Part shown: in pieces, positions 29,831 through 39,491 of the stretch
Position numbering within the stretch: position 1 is the stretch's first letter
How the letters are laid out: every line of letters starts with the position of its first letter
Assembly (NCBI GenBank): GCA_045635885.1
Contig: JAZTWO010000077.1
Coordinates: 10,080 to 74,079, forward strand
Origin: Eubacteriales bacterium
GTDB lineage: Bacteria; Bacillota; Clostridia; Oscillospirales; CAG-272
DNA: 64,000 nucleotides
Reading direction: 5' to 3'
Notes under the pieces: generated by a model
Databases searched by the model: none
Seen by the model: only the letters and a program-made list of their open reading frames with translations
What the model was told of the DNA's origin: nothing
Translations under genes and position numbers: made by a program

Positions 29831-32800
29831 ATGAAGAAAGGCAGCCTACTGACATTAGCATTATTAGGTTTGGTTTTAGGTGTGACATTTATGTTGAGTG
29901 GATGTAAACCGAAGAATCCGGAAACTACAAAACCGGTGGAAAAAGAAAATAAGGAGATTTCAGTTGTTGAACTTGGTGACGTTCGTGTTCAATTGCTTTC
30001 GGAGTCTATTGTGCGTATCGAAAACAAAGGACCGAAGGGATTTGAAGATCGTCCAAGCTACATAGTGCCAAATCGTGATGATTATGATGAAGTAATTTAC
30101 ACGATTGAAAAACAAAATGATGTTACTTTGATAAAAACATCTAAGTATATAGTTCATATTCCTAATGGAGGAAAGGCAGAGGATGCTTATATCACCGATT
30201 CACAAGGTGAAAATCTCTGGGCATACTCCGATGCAGGTAGAACTGATACAAACGTTTATTTGCCAAGCCCTTCGGATGAGCTTAAGAGCTGGTATTTTAC
30301 AGATAGTCCAAGAATAATCCCTTCAGAATATGGATATTCGAGTAATAGTAATACTACTTATCTGCAGGATTGGGATTTCTCAAATGATGCTTTAGACGTT
30401 TTCGTATTCTTACCCAACGGTGATTATTCACAATTTTGCTCTGACTATATAAAGGTTACGGGTGAGAGCGAGATGGTTAGCTTACAAACATTTGGATATT
30501 GGGATTCTCGTTGGTATCCTTATTCTGCACAGTCAGCAATGAAGCAGATAATGGATTATCAAAAGAGAGGATACAGTATTGACGTTTTGGTAATTGACAC
30601 CGACTGGAGAGCTTCAGGAAGTAACGGACAGGGCTCAGGCGGTATCGGTTATGATATAAACACTTCATTGTTTCCCGATATGGCGGCATTCCTTGCCGAG
30701 TGTGAAGAAATGGGCATTGACATTTGCTTCAATGACCATCCCGAGCCTGTAATCGGTACAACTAACGGATTGGATAAATCCGAGGTAGCATACCGTGGAG
30801 ATAAGCTCACCTTGATTTTGTCTTTAGGCATAGATTATTGGTGGTATGATAGAAACTGGAGCGTTTCTCTTAACTCCTGCGACCCCGATATAAGTGCGTA
30901 TGCATTTGGTATGTATGCATATCAGTTTATTACCGAGGAATATCGTGAAAGTGTTACAGACTGGGATGAATTTGCAAAGAGATCCTTGATTATGGCAAAC
31001 GTTGACGGTGTTTTACACGGTAAATGGTATTATGCTTCGGATATTTCGGCTCATAGATATTCAATTCAATGGACCGGTGATATAGGAGCAAATTCCGATG
31101 CCTTGGCTCAGGAAATCTATACATCAGTATTTGGTGGTGCTGAGGTTGGCTTGCCCTATATGTCCAGTGATATTGGTGGACACAATCAACCTGTTACCGA
31201 CGAAATGTATGCAAGATGGATTCAATACGGTGCATTGTCCACAATTTGCCGTGTACACTGTACATCCGACAGATACATTCATCAGGACGGCAGAATGCCT
31301 TGGCTCTTTGGTGAAACCGCAGAAGAGGTTGCGCATACATACCTCGATATGAGATACCGTTTACTTCCTTTGTATTATGCTTTGGCAAGACAGAACTACG
31401 ATACAGGCTTACCGATAATGCAAAGACTTGACATTCAGTATCCCGAATATGCTGAGTCGAGCAGAAATGATGAATATTTGCTTGGCGATTACATTCTGGT
31501 AGCACCTATTAATGAAACCGATACAAAGGTTCCCGATGAATTGCTTACTAATAATGGGCTTCTGGGACTCAAAGCAGAATATTATAACAACAATAATTGG
31601 AGCGGTTCTCCTGTACTTACAAGAACGGATTCCAATATATATTATGATTGGGCAAACAAAGGACCAAGCGGACTTGATCTTGTTGATAATTTCTCAATCA
31701 AATGGACGGGTAATATTACAATAGGCGATAGAGATGCAGCTTTGACATTTTTTGCTGATGATGCTATTGTTGTATACATAGACGGAGTTAAAGTGGTTGA
31801 CGGATTGAACGTTTACGATACCAATTTGACAACACCCGTTTATAAAGCGAATTCAACTCATACTATTGAAGTAAGATATGCCGAATACGGTGGCAATGCT
31901 CACGTTTATATGCGCTATTTGCAACAGGGAGATTCAGCGTGCTACAACATAAGAACAGTATTTATTCCTGATGGTACTTGGATTGACGTGTGGAGTGGAG
32001 AAAGATTTGTAGGACCTGCTACTTACACAGTTACTCATCCTCTTGAAACATCTCCCATCTTTGTTAGAGAGGGTTCACTCATCGCTCTTGCTCCCAATAT
32101 GATAAACGTCAGCGAAAAGGACTGGAGCGAAATGGTTTTGGATGTTTATCCATCAACTAATTATGAAGCAGAAATCAGCTTGTACGAGGATGATACAATA
32201 ACAACTGCATACAAGTCTGGTTTCTATAGAACAACTGACATCACCATGGATTTTGATGCAGGACGCGAAGCATTACTTATTAATATTGGTGCTGCGAAGG
32301 GCGAGTTTGAAGGAGACAGAGCATTCACAGAACGCAAATGGACTGTAAGATTGCATACAAATCCCGGATGGGGTTCCGTAACTTCCATTGTTGTAAATGG
32401 TAAGGTAGTTGATTTTGATTTTATTTCCAAATCAAAGAATGGCGTGCCTTTCGCATTTGATGGCGCTTCCCCAGATGGTGATATATATGAATTTGTAGTT
32501 GAAGGTTCAGTTTATGAATCATACGAAATAAAGGTATTCTATTCAAGTACAAAAGAATCCGAAACAAACTATTCATACGAAAAAGTAGAAATTCCATTTG
32601 ATTTGTCATTCGACGAAGCAGGTGATGGTGTAGCACTTGGTAATTCAACACTTGATTGGATTTCCTTCGGTGAAAATGATGAAAATGAAAGCGATATTTT
32701 CTCATCTACAACGTCATACGATACTCCTTGGGTAACAAATGGAGAATTTGTTAAGTTATTTGATAACGGTGATTTCTCATCAGCATCAATTAATTCTCAA

Positions 32801-35563
32801 AAGGACTTCTCATTTGAAATAGATACTGATCCTGAAGCTAAATATTACGTTTTGTATCTTGGTGGATATCAATCCACAGCAAAGGTAACTGTTCGTGATG
32901 GAGCAGGAAATGTTCAAACAGTGAACTTTGGTAACATAGATGGTAGTTACACAAAACGCGTAATTATTGAAAAAGCGGATAACAGTACGGGTAAGCTCTA
33001 CGTAACCTATTCAATGGTAGCAAGTGAATATACAAAGAAGATTTACGATAATGCAAGATATGATCTTGTTTGCTATTTGTCAATGTATGGAGCAAGCGCA
33101 AGCCAAGAGTTGCCCGAGCGAGTTGATCTTAATAGCGATCTTGAGGTCGAATTTACAGGTAGTGTTGATGCAATAGGCGACGTGGATCTGACAGAGCTTG
33201 GCGATCTTGACTGGATGCATTTTGGAAGTAACGTTGATATTGTTCAAAAGAAGGACGGTAACGTTTTAGGTAATGCAATATTTGGAACTTCATTCAAATT
33301 CTCCGATTATAAAGCAAGAATTTCCTACAATGACGGTTTGGAACAGCAAAGCATTTCCGGATCAACAAATGGAACTTGCAGTACGGAGGGAATTACTCTT
33401 ACTTTGAATGTTACTCCAAACGTTAAGAAAATAATCTTGTACACAGGTGCTTGGAAAGCAACCAACAAGATTGAAGTATATTCCGCAAGTGGTATACTGC
33501 TTGCAAGCTCTGTGGAATTTACCGCAGGAAGCACCTCACTAAATAAGGTTGTAACCTTTGCAATCAATACCGCAGAGAATTCAGTTATTACGGTCAAAGT
33601 AACTATCGAGCAAAATAGCCCAGGAAACGTATCCTTAGCGGCAGTTGCTATTAGCAGCCGTGCGGAAAATGGTGGTAACGGCGATGTAGGCGATAATGAA
33701 GGCTTAACGATAAATCACTATAATCTTGACGGCTCTTTGATTGAGAGCGAAACAGTCACAAAATATAGTTTACCTTATACAGTAAAAGCTAAAAATTACT
33801 CTGGTCTTGTTCCTTCTCACGATTACGTGATTATTAAAGAAGAGACAAAAGTTGTAAATATTTATTATTCTGCAGTAGATGTTTGGAACGGAACTGACGT
33901 AAGCAGTAGCTTGAAGGGTTCGGGCACTCTGAATGATCCTTATTTGATTGAAAGCGGTGCGGACTTGGCTTATATCGACCAACATATGACCGCTACTGAA
34001 AACTTTAAGGGTGTATACTTCAAAATGACCAAGAGCATTGATTTGAATGGCAAATCAATGAAGATAGGTCAATATCCCGGCTGGAGTGGAAGAATCATTT
34101 TTGCAGGTGTTTTTGATGGTAATAACTGTTCAATCAGAAATTTGAATATGACCGAATCCGGTATGGGTGCAGGTCTTTTCAGCGTTGTTTCGGGGACGGT
34201 AAAGAACCTCACCGTTTACGGTGCTGTTAAGGGTAATGATAAAATGACGGGCGGTATAGTTGGATGGTTGTATCAAGGAACACTTGAAAATTGTTCTAAC
34301 TACGTTAACGTAACTTCTACAGGTGCTGCTGAAACAGGCGGTTTGTGCGGAACATCACAGGGAAGTGTAGTTAAATGTATAAATTACGGTTCGGTAGTTG
34401 GTAAAGACGGAGTTGGTGGTATCGCAGGTTTTGCAGGCGGTACGTTGACCAGCTGCAGAAACTACGGTGCTATAAGCGGTACATCTAATGTTAATCAAAT
34501 ATTTGGTGCTCCTCACAGCTCGGGAGCTCCAATAGTTACGGATTGTGGCGCTGAATACGAATTCTTTGTTGATGAAAGCATAGTTCAAGACCCAACTGAT
34601 TTTGATTACTCGTTTGCAATTATTGGTGACCAGCAATGTATGGTTCAGTATGCGAGAGAAATGAACTCGGATAAGTATTTTAAGTTGATCTACGATTACA
34701 TAATCAACAATGCAGATTCCAAGAATATTGCGCACGTATTCAATCTCGGTGATATAGTTCAGACCACATACGAATATGAGCCAACCAGCAGTGCTGCTGA
34801 TAAGGCAAAAATGGATAAAGAAGCAGAGCTTGCATATAAGCAAATTGCCCGTCTTGACGGAGTGTTAGATTATTCTTTGATTCGTGGCAATCACGATGGT
34901 CCTGTATTTTATGAAGAGTACTTCGGTCTCAACAGTACCTATACAGGTTATGCTTCACATATTGATGACTACTATATCAACAGTACAAACTCTGTGCATT
35001 ATTTCTCTGCAGGAGAGCTTGATTATATGGTAATTACGCTTGACTTCGGTGCGGGCGATTCTGTAATCGAATGGGCAAACGAAATAATTGCAGCTCATCC
35101 AAATCATAACGTAATTATTACTACTCACGCATATATGCATAGAACAGGTGAATTGCTTGCAAACGATAATTTGTGTGCAAGAAAGCCCGACGGAACTAAT
35201 GATCCTCTTTACAATACCCAAATGGGCGATACTGCAAACAACGGTGACGATATGTGGAACAAGCTTATTAAGAAGCATGCAAATATCGTTCTTGTATTGA
35301 GTGGACACGTTGGCACGGATGATATTCTTTGCAGACAGCTCAAGGGAGAAAACGGAAATATTGTTACTAATATTCTTATTAACCCTCAGGATATGGACAC
35401 AAGATACAAGAGTTCGGGCGGTGTTGGTGCCGTTGCAATGTTCTATTTCTCAAACGGCGGTAAAACTGTTGAGGTTAGATATTGGTCAACTGTTCAAAAT
35501 GCTTACATCAAAGCGGATAATGCATATTCGTTTACAATCAATACAATCCCAAGACAAAATTAA
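29831..35563 (+). CDS. Multidomain lipoprotein: GH31 glycosidase + PA14 + beta-sandwich domains + GLUG-like module + calcineurin-like metallophosphoesterase
   Basis: AAGGAG RBS, LSGC lipobox; DVLVIDTDW, GIDYWWYD, QWTGD, SDIGGH (GH31); GLKAEYYNN...DNFSIKWTG (PA14); GSGT..DPYLI, GGIVG; GDQQ/GDIV/GNHD/THAY/SGH. Confidence 0.88.
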   Translation: MKKGSLLTLALLGLVLGVTFMLSGCKPKNPETTKPVEKENKEISVVELGDVRVQLLSESIVRIENKGPKGFEDRPSYIVPNRDDYDEVIYTIEKQNDVTLIKTSKYIVHIPNGGKAEDAYITDSQGENLWAYSDAGRTDTNVYLPSPSDELKSWYFTDSPRIIPSEYGYSSNSNTTYLQDWDFSNDALDVFVFLPNGDYSQFCSDYIKVTGESEMVSLQTFGYWDSRWYPYSAQSAMKQIMDYQKRGYSIDVLVIDTDWRASGSNGQGSGGIGYDINTSLFPDMAAFLAECEEMGIDICFNDHPEPVIGTTNGLDKSEVAYRGDKLTLILSLGIDYWWYDRNWSVSLNSCDPDISAYAFGMYAYQFITEEYRESVTDWDEFAKRSLIMANVDGVLHGKWYYASDISAHRYSIQWTGDIGANSDALAQEIYTSVFGGAEVGLPYMSSDIGGHNQPVTDEMYARWIQYGALSTICRVHCTSDRYIHQDGRMPWLFGETAEEVAHTYLDMRYRLLPLYYALARQNYDTGLPIMQRLDIQYPEYAESSRNDEYLLGDYILVAPINETDTKVPDELLTNNGLLGLKAEYYNNNNWSGSPVLTRTDSNIYYDWANKGPSGLDLVDNFSIKWTGNITIGDRDAALTFFADDAIVVYIDGVKVVDGLNVYDTNLTTPVYKANSTHTIEVRYAEYGGNAHVYMRYLQQGDSACYNIRTVFIPDGTWIDVWSGERFVGPATYTVTHPLETSPIFVREGSLIALAPNMINVSEKDWSEMVLDVYPSTNYEAEISLYEDDTITTAYKSGFYRTTDITMDFDAGREALLINIGAAKGEFEGDRAFTERKWTVRLHTNPGWGSVTSIVVNGKVVDFDFISKSKNGVPFAFDGASPDGDIYEFVVEGSVYESYEIKVFYSSTKESETNYSYEKVEIPFDLSFDEAGDGVALGNSTLDWISFGENDENESDIFSSTTSYDTPWVTNGEFVKLFDNGDFSSASINSQKDFSFEIDTDPEAKYYVLYLGGYQSTAKVTVRDGAGNVQTVNFGNIDGSYTKRVIIEKADNSTGKLYVTYSMVASEYTKKIYDNARYDLVCYLSMYGASASQELPERVDLNSDLEVEFTGSVDAIGDVDLTELGDLDWMHFGSNVDIVQKKDGNVLGNAIFGTSFKFSDYKARISYNDGLEQQSISGSTNGTCSTEGITLTLNVTPNVKKIILYTGAWKATNKIEVYSASGILLASSVEFTAGSTSLNKVVTFAINTAENSVITVKVTIEQNSPGNVSLAAVAISSRAENGGNGDVGDNEGLTINHYNLDGSLIESETVTKYSLPYTVKAKNYSGLVPSHDYVIIKEETKVVNIYYSAVDVWNGTDVSSSLKGSGTLNDPYLIESGADLAYIDQHMTATENFKGVYFKMTKSIDLNGKSMKIGQYPGWSGRIIFAGVFDGNNCSIRNLNMTESGMGAGLFSVVSGTVKNLTVYGAVKGNDKMTGGIVGWLYQGTLENCSNYVNVTSTGAAETGGLCGTSQGSVVKCINYGSVVGKDGVGGIAGFAGGTLTSCRNYGAISGTSNVNQIFGAPHSSGAPIVTDCGAEYEFFVDESIVQDPTDFDYSFAIIGDQQCMVQYAREMNSDKYFKLIYDYIINNADSKNIAHVFNLGDIVQTTYEYEPTSSAADKAKMDKEAELAYKQIARLDGVLDYSLIRGNHDGPVFYEEYFGLNSTYTGYASHIDDYYINSTNSVHYFSAGELDYMVITLDFGAGDSVIEWANEIIAAHPNHNVIITTHAYMHRTGELLANDNLCARKPDGTNDPLYNTQMGDTANNGDDMWNKLIKKHANIVLVLSGHVGTDDILCRQLKGENGNIVTNILINPQDMDTRYKSSGGVGAVAMFYFSNGGKTVEVRYWSTVQNAYIKADNAYSFTINTIPRQN

Positions 35564-35593
35564 TTTGTAAAAATATATTTGGAGGTATGAAAA

Positions 35594-38500
35594 ATGAAAC
35601 ACACAAAATTTTTGTTGATTACTCTCTCATTGATTTTAGTGCTTGTTCTTGCTTCATGTAATCTTATTCATCAATGCAATTTTGGTGAAGAATGGAAGTA
35701 CGATGAAGAAAATCACTGGCTCGAATGTGAGTGTGGTAAACAAGACAAATCAGGTGCTCACGCATTCGGAGAATGGGTTGAGGGCGAAACCGAAAAAGCT
35801 CGCGAATGTGAGGTTTGTGGCTATAGAGAAACTGCTCCTATTGAAACTCACGAGCACAACTATTCAGACAAATGGTTAAAAGACGGTGAATATCACTGGC
35901 ACGCTTGCTCAGGTTGTAACGTTCCTGCTGATAAGGCAGCACACGAATGGGGCGAGGGTGAAGTGATCACACCTGCAACTGAAGAGGCAGAGGGACTTAT
36001 GAAACTCACTTGTGCCGTTTGTGAAGCAACAAAAGAAGAGGTTATTCCTAAGTTAGAGCACACTCATAAATTCGCTGAAGGTTGGACCTCTGATGAAACT
36101 CATCACTGGCACGCGACAACTTGCGGTCACGAAGATGTTGAAGGCAAGGCAGAACACGAATGGGATAATGGAGTACAAACTAAAGCTCCTTCTTGCGATG
36201 AAGCAGGCATTATGACATTTACTTGTACAACCTGTGGCGCGACCAAGACAGAAGAAATTGCTAAAAATGGTCACTCCTATGCAGAAGAATGGATTATAGA
36301 TGATAATCAGCACTGGCACGTGTGCGGTGTTTGTGGTGAAAAGGGTAGTCTTGAAGACCACTCATTTGATAGTGGAACAGTAGCTGAGGGCAAGGTGATT
36401 TATACTTGCGTTTGCGGACGTACTATGGAAAATGCTTGGGACGGCACAACTGTAAGTGAAAGTCTTATCGGAAGCGGTACAGAAGATGATCCTTACCTTA
36501 TTCAAAGTGGAGCAGATTTTGCATATATTAAACAGCATATGACTGCTGAGGGCGACAACTTTGCAGGTGTTTACTTCAAGATGACAAGAAGTATTGACCT
36601 TGGTAACCACTCTATGAAGATTGGTCAATATCCCGGTTGGAATGCTGATAGAAGATTTTTCGCAGGTATTTTTGACGGTAATAACTGCACAGTTATCAAT
36701 CTTAATATGACCGAATCCGGAATGGGTGGTGGCTTATTCTCAGTTCTTACAGGTACAGTTAAGAACCTTACCGTTTACGGTACAGTAAAGGGCGACAACA
36801 ATATGGTTGGTGGTATCGTTGGTTGGTTGTACAGGGGAACACTTGAAAATTGTACAAACTACGTTAACGTTACTTCCACAGCTCCCGAAGCAGGTGCATT
36901 GGTTGGAACAAGTGAATGGGGCATTATTAAGAACTGTGTAAACTACGGTTCGGTAATTGGTACTGATAGTGTTGGTAGTATCGCAGGTAAAGCAAGCGGC
37001 ACTATTGAAAACTGTGTAAATAATGGCGCAGCTTACGGTTGCTCCAACGTTGGCGGAATTTACGGTTCTCAACACCATACCGGTGCTCCCACTTTAACAA
37101 ATAATGTAGATAACGGCACTGCTGAAATTAAGCACGTATTCACTCATTATGAGGCTGTAGAAGCAACTTGTGAGACAGCAGGTAATGTTGAATACTATGC
37201 TTGCTCAGTATGTAATAAGAACTACAATGCGGAAGGCAACATTGTTTCCGATGTAGTAATAGGCGCAAAGGGTCACGCGTGGGATAATGGAGTAGCTGCA
37301 GGCAGTAAAATCACATTTACTTGTGGAAACTGTGGCACAACAAGAGTTGAAGATGCTAAGTATACAGTAACAGTAAATTACCTGTTCCTTGATGGAACAG
37401 TAGCTGCAGAAGCAGATATCATTGAATTTAATTATGAAGAGTTTGCAACTGTCAATGCTAAGACAATTGATGGCTATGTACCTAATAAGAATTACGTAAA
37501 AGTAGAAGTGCTTGAAAACATAACAGTTAACATTTACTACTCCGAACTTTCCGTTTGGGATGGCATAACTGTAAGCGAAAGCCTTAGCGGAAGCGGTACT
37601 GCAGAAGATCCCTATCTCATTCAGAGTGCGGCTGATCTTGCATATCTTGATAAGAATGCAACTAATATTGAAAACTTCAAGGGTGTATACTTCAAGATGA
37701 CCAAGAGCATCGACCTCAACGGTCACTCTATGAAGATTGGTGAATATCCCGGTTGGAGCGGAAGAAAAATCTTCTTTGGTATCTTTGACGGTAATAATTG
37801 TGCGGTTATTAATCTTAATATGACCGAATCCGGAATGGGCGGCGGCTTGTTTGCAGTTGTATCCGGTACAGTTAAGAATCTCTCTGTTTATGGTACAGTA
37901 AAGGGCGACAACAATATGGTCGGCGGTATCGTAGGTTGGCTTTATAACGGAACTCTTGATAATTGCACAGGATACGTTACAGTAACCTCTACTGCTCCTG
38001 AGGTAGGTGCACTTGTAGGTACAAGTGAAAATGGTACGATCCTTAATTGTGTAAACTATGGTTCAGTTTTGGGTAATGATAGTGTTGGTTGTATCGCAGG
38101 TAAGGCAAGTGGAAGAATTGAAAATTGTATCAACTACGGTACTGCTGTGGGTTGCTATAATGTAGCTACTATTTACGGTTCTAAGCACAACAGTGGAACT
38201 CCCGCTCTTACAAACAACAAGGACTACGGTACTGCTGAAACAAAGCACACTCTCGGTCATCACGAAGCAATTGAAGCAACTTGCGAAACAGCGGGTAACG
38301 TTGAATACTATGCTTGCTCGGTATGTAACAAGAATTTCGATGCAGAAGGAAACGTGATTTCTAATGTAATCGTAGATGCAAAAGGTCACGCTTGGGATGA
38401 CGGTGTACTTTCCGAAGGAAAGAAAACCTATACTTGTGGTACTTGTGGTACAATTAGAGAAGAAGTAATTTACACTGTAACCGTAAACCATCTCTATATT

Positions 38501-39325
38501 GATGGTAGCAAAGCATTTGAAACAGAAGTTATTGAAGTTGCTAATAACACAAGATATACAGTTAATGCCAAGACTCTTGAGGGTTATGTTGCATCTCACG
38601 ATTACGTTATGGGAGACATGCTTGGTGAAAACCAGACTGTAACTATTTATTACTCCGAGATTTCCGTTTGGGACGGAACAAGCATTAGTACATCTTTGGC
38701 AGGAACAGGAACAGAAGCAGATCCTTACCTCATTCAGAGCGCAGCAGACCTTGCATACTTTGCAAAGGTGATTAACGAGCATTCTGCTGAGGGAACAAAG
38801 ACTGATGCAACTAACCGCTATACAGTATTTAGCGGTGTATTCTTTAAACTTACAAAGAGCATTGATTTGAACGGTAACTATCTTAGAATCGGTTATTCTC
38901 ACGGTTGGAATAACTATTCAAGATTCGGCGGTACATTTGACGGAAATAATTGCTCAGTAAGAGGAATAAATATCACTGCTGCAGAAACTAATAGAAACGA
39001 TGCATTGTTCGGTATTGTATATGCAGGAACAATCAAGAATCTTAGCACGTACGGTTCAGTATATGGCGGTGGAGTTCTTAATGGTGGTGTAGTCGGTTAC
39101 GTAGTATCCGGTACGGTTGAAAACTGCACAAGCTATGTTAATATTGAAGGCGCAAAGGAAACAGGCGGTATCGTTGGTAACCTTGAAAAGGGAACAGTTA
39201 AGAACTGTGTAAACTACGGTAACGTAAAATGCTCTGATGCAGCTACAGGTGGTGTTATCGTTGGTAAGAATGCAAGCGGAACAATTACAAATTCCGTAAG
39301 CTATACTGAGTTGAACGCACAGTAA
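35594..39325 (+). CDS. Lipoprotein with Cys/His-rich repeats and three GLUG-like beta-helix modules
   Basis: GGAGG RBS, LASC lipobox; HWH.C..C repeats; WDG..S.SL.G.GT..DPYLIQS module starting at 36437, 37556, 38669. Confidence 0.82.
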   Translation: MKHTKFLLITLSLILVLVLASCNLIHQCNFGEEWKYDEENHWLECECGKQDKSGAHAFGEWVEGETEKARECEVCGYRETAPIETHEHNYSDKWLKDGEYHWHACSGCNVPADKAAHEWGEGEVITPATEEAEGLMKLTCAVCEATKEEVIPKLEHTHKFAEGWTSDETHHWHATTCGHEDVEGKAEHEWDNGVQTKAPSCDEAGIMTFTCTTCGATKTEEIAKNGHSYAEEWIIDDNQHWHVCGVCGEKGSLEDHSFDSGTVAEGKVIYTCVCGRTMENAWDGTTVSESLIGSGTEDDPYLIQSGADFAYIKQHMTAEGDNFAGVYFKMTRSIDLGNHSMKIGQYPGWNADRRFFAGIFDGNNCTVINLNMTESGMGGGLFSVLTGTVKNLTVYGTVKGDNNMVGGIVGWLYRGTLENCTNYVNVTSTAPEAGALVGTSEWGIIKNCVNYGSVIGTDSVGSIAGKASGTIENCVNNGAAYGCSNVGGIYGSQHHTGAPTLTNNVDNGTAEIKHVFTHYEAVEATCETAGNVEYYACSVCNKNYNAEGNIVSDVVIGAKGHAWDNGVAAGSKITFTCGNCGTTRVEDAKYTVTVNYLFLDGTVAAEADIIEFNYEEFATVNAKTIDGYVPNKNYVKVEVLENITVNIYYSELSVWDGITVSESLSGSGTAEDPYLIQSAADLAYLDKNATNIENFKGVYFKMTKSIDLNGHSMKIGEYPGWSGRKIFFGIFDGNNCAVINLNMTESGMGGGLFAVVSGTVKNLSVYGTVKGDNNMVGGIVGWLYNGTLDNCTGYVTVTSTAPEVGALVGTSENGTILNCVNYGSVLGNDSVGCIAGKASGRIENCINYGTAVGCYNVATIYGSKHNSGTPALTNNKDYGTAETKHTLGHHEAIEATCETAGNVEYYACSVCNKNFDAEGNVISNVIVDAKGHAWDDGVLSEGKKTYTCGTCGTIREEVIYTVTVNHLYIDGSKAFETEVIEVANNTRYTVNAKTLEGYVASHDYVMGDMLGENQTVTIYYSEISVWDGTSISTSLAGTGTEADPYLIQSAADLAYFAKVINEHSAEGTKTDATNRYTVFSGVFFKLTKSIDLNGNYLRIGYSHGWNNYSRFGGTFDGNNCSVRGINITAAETNRNDALFGIVYAGTIKNLSTYGSVYGGGVLNGGVVGYVVSGTVENCTSYVNIEGAKETGGIVGNLEKGTVKNCVNYGNVKCSDAATGGVIVGKNASGTITNSVSYTELNAQ

Positions 39326-39360
39326 TTAATCAAATTAAATTGATTCAAATAAATAAATTA

Positions 39361-39390
39361 AGAGCCTTGGCACATTAGTGCCAAGGCTCT
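39361..39390. repeat. Intergenic hairpin, copy 1
   Basis: AGAGCCTTGGCA-N6-TGCCAAGGCTCT; no U-tract on plus strand. Confidence 0.8.
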
Positions 39391-39491
39391 TGGGGCTAAA
39401 TGTAACTTTCAAACTTTTGCTAAAAGTTGTATGCTTTGATGAGTTTGAATGGCGCATTTATTTTTAAAAATACTAATATGAGAGGTAAAGT

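Noticed and set aside
33884..39300. Diversity-generating retroelement template/variable repeats
   Set aside because: All copies are in-frame coding, differences are not adenine-specific, and no reverse transcriptase is present
35594..39325. Multiheme cytochrome
   Set aside because: The Cys/His motifs are HxCxxC or CxxCG, not CxxCH
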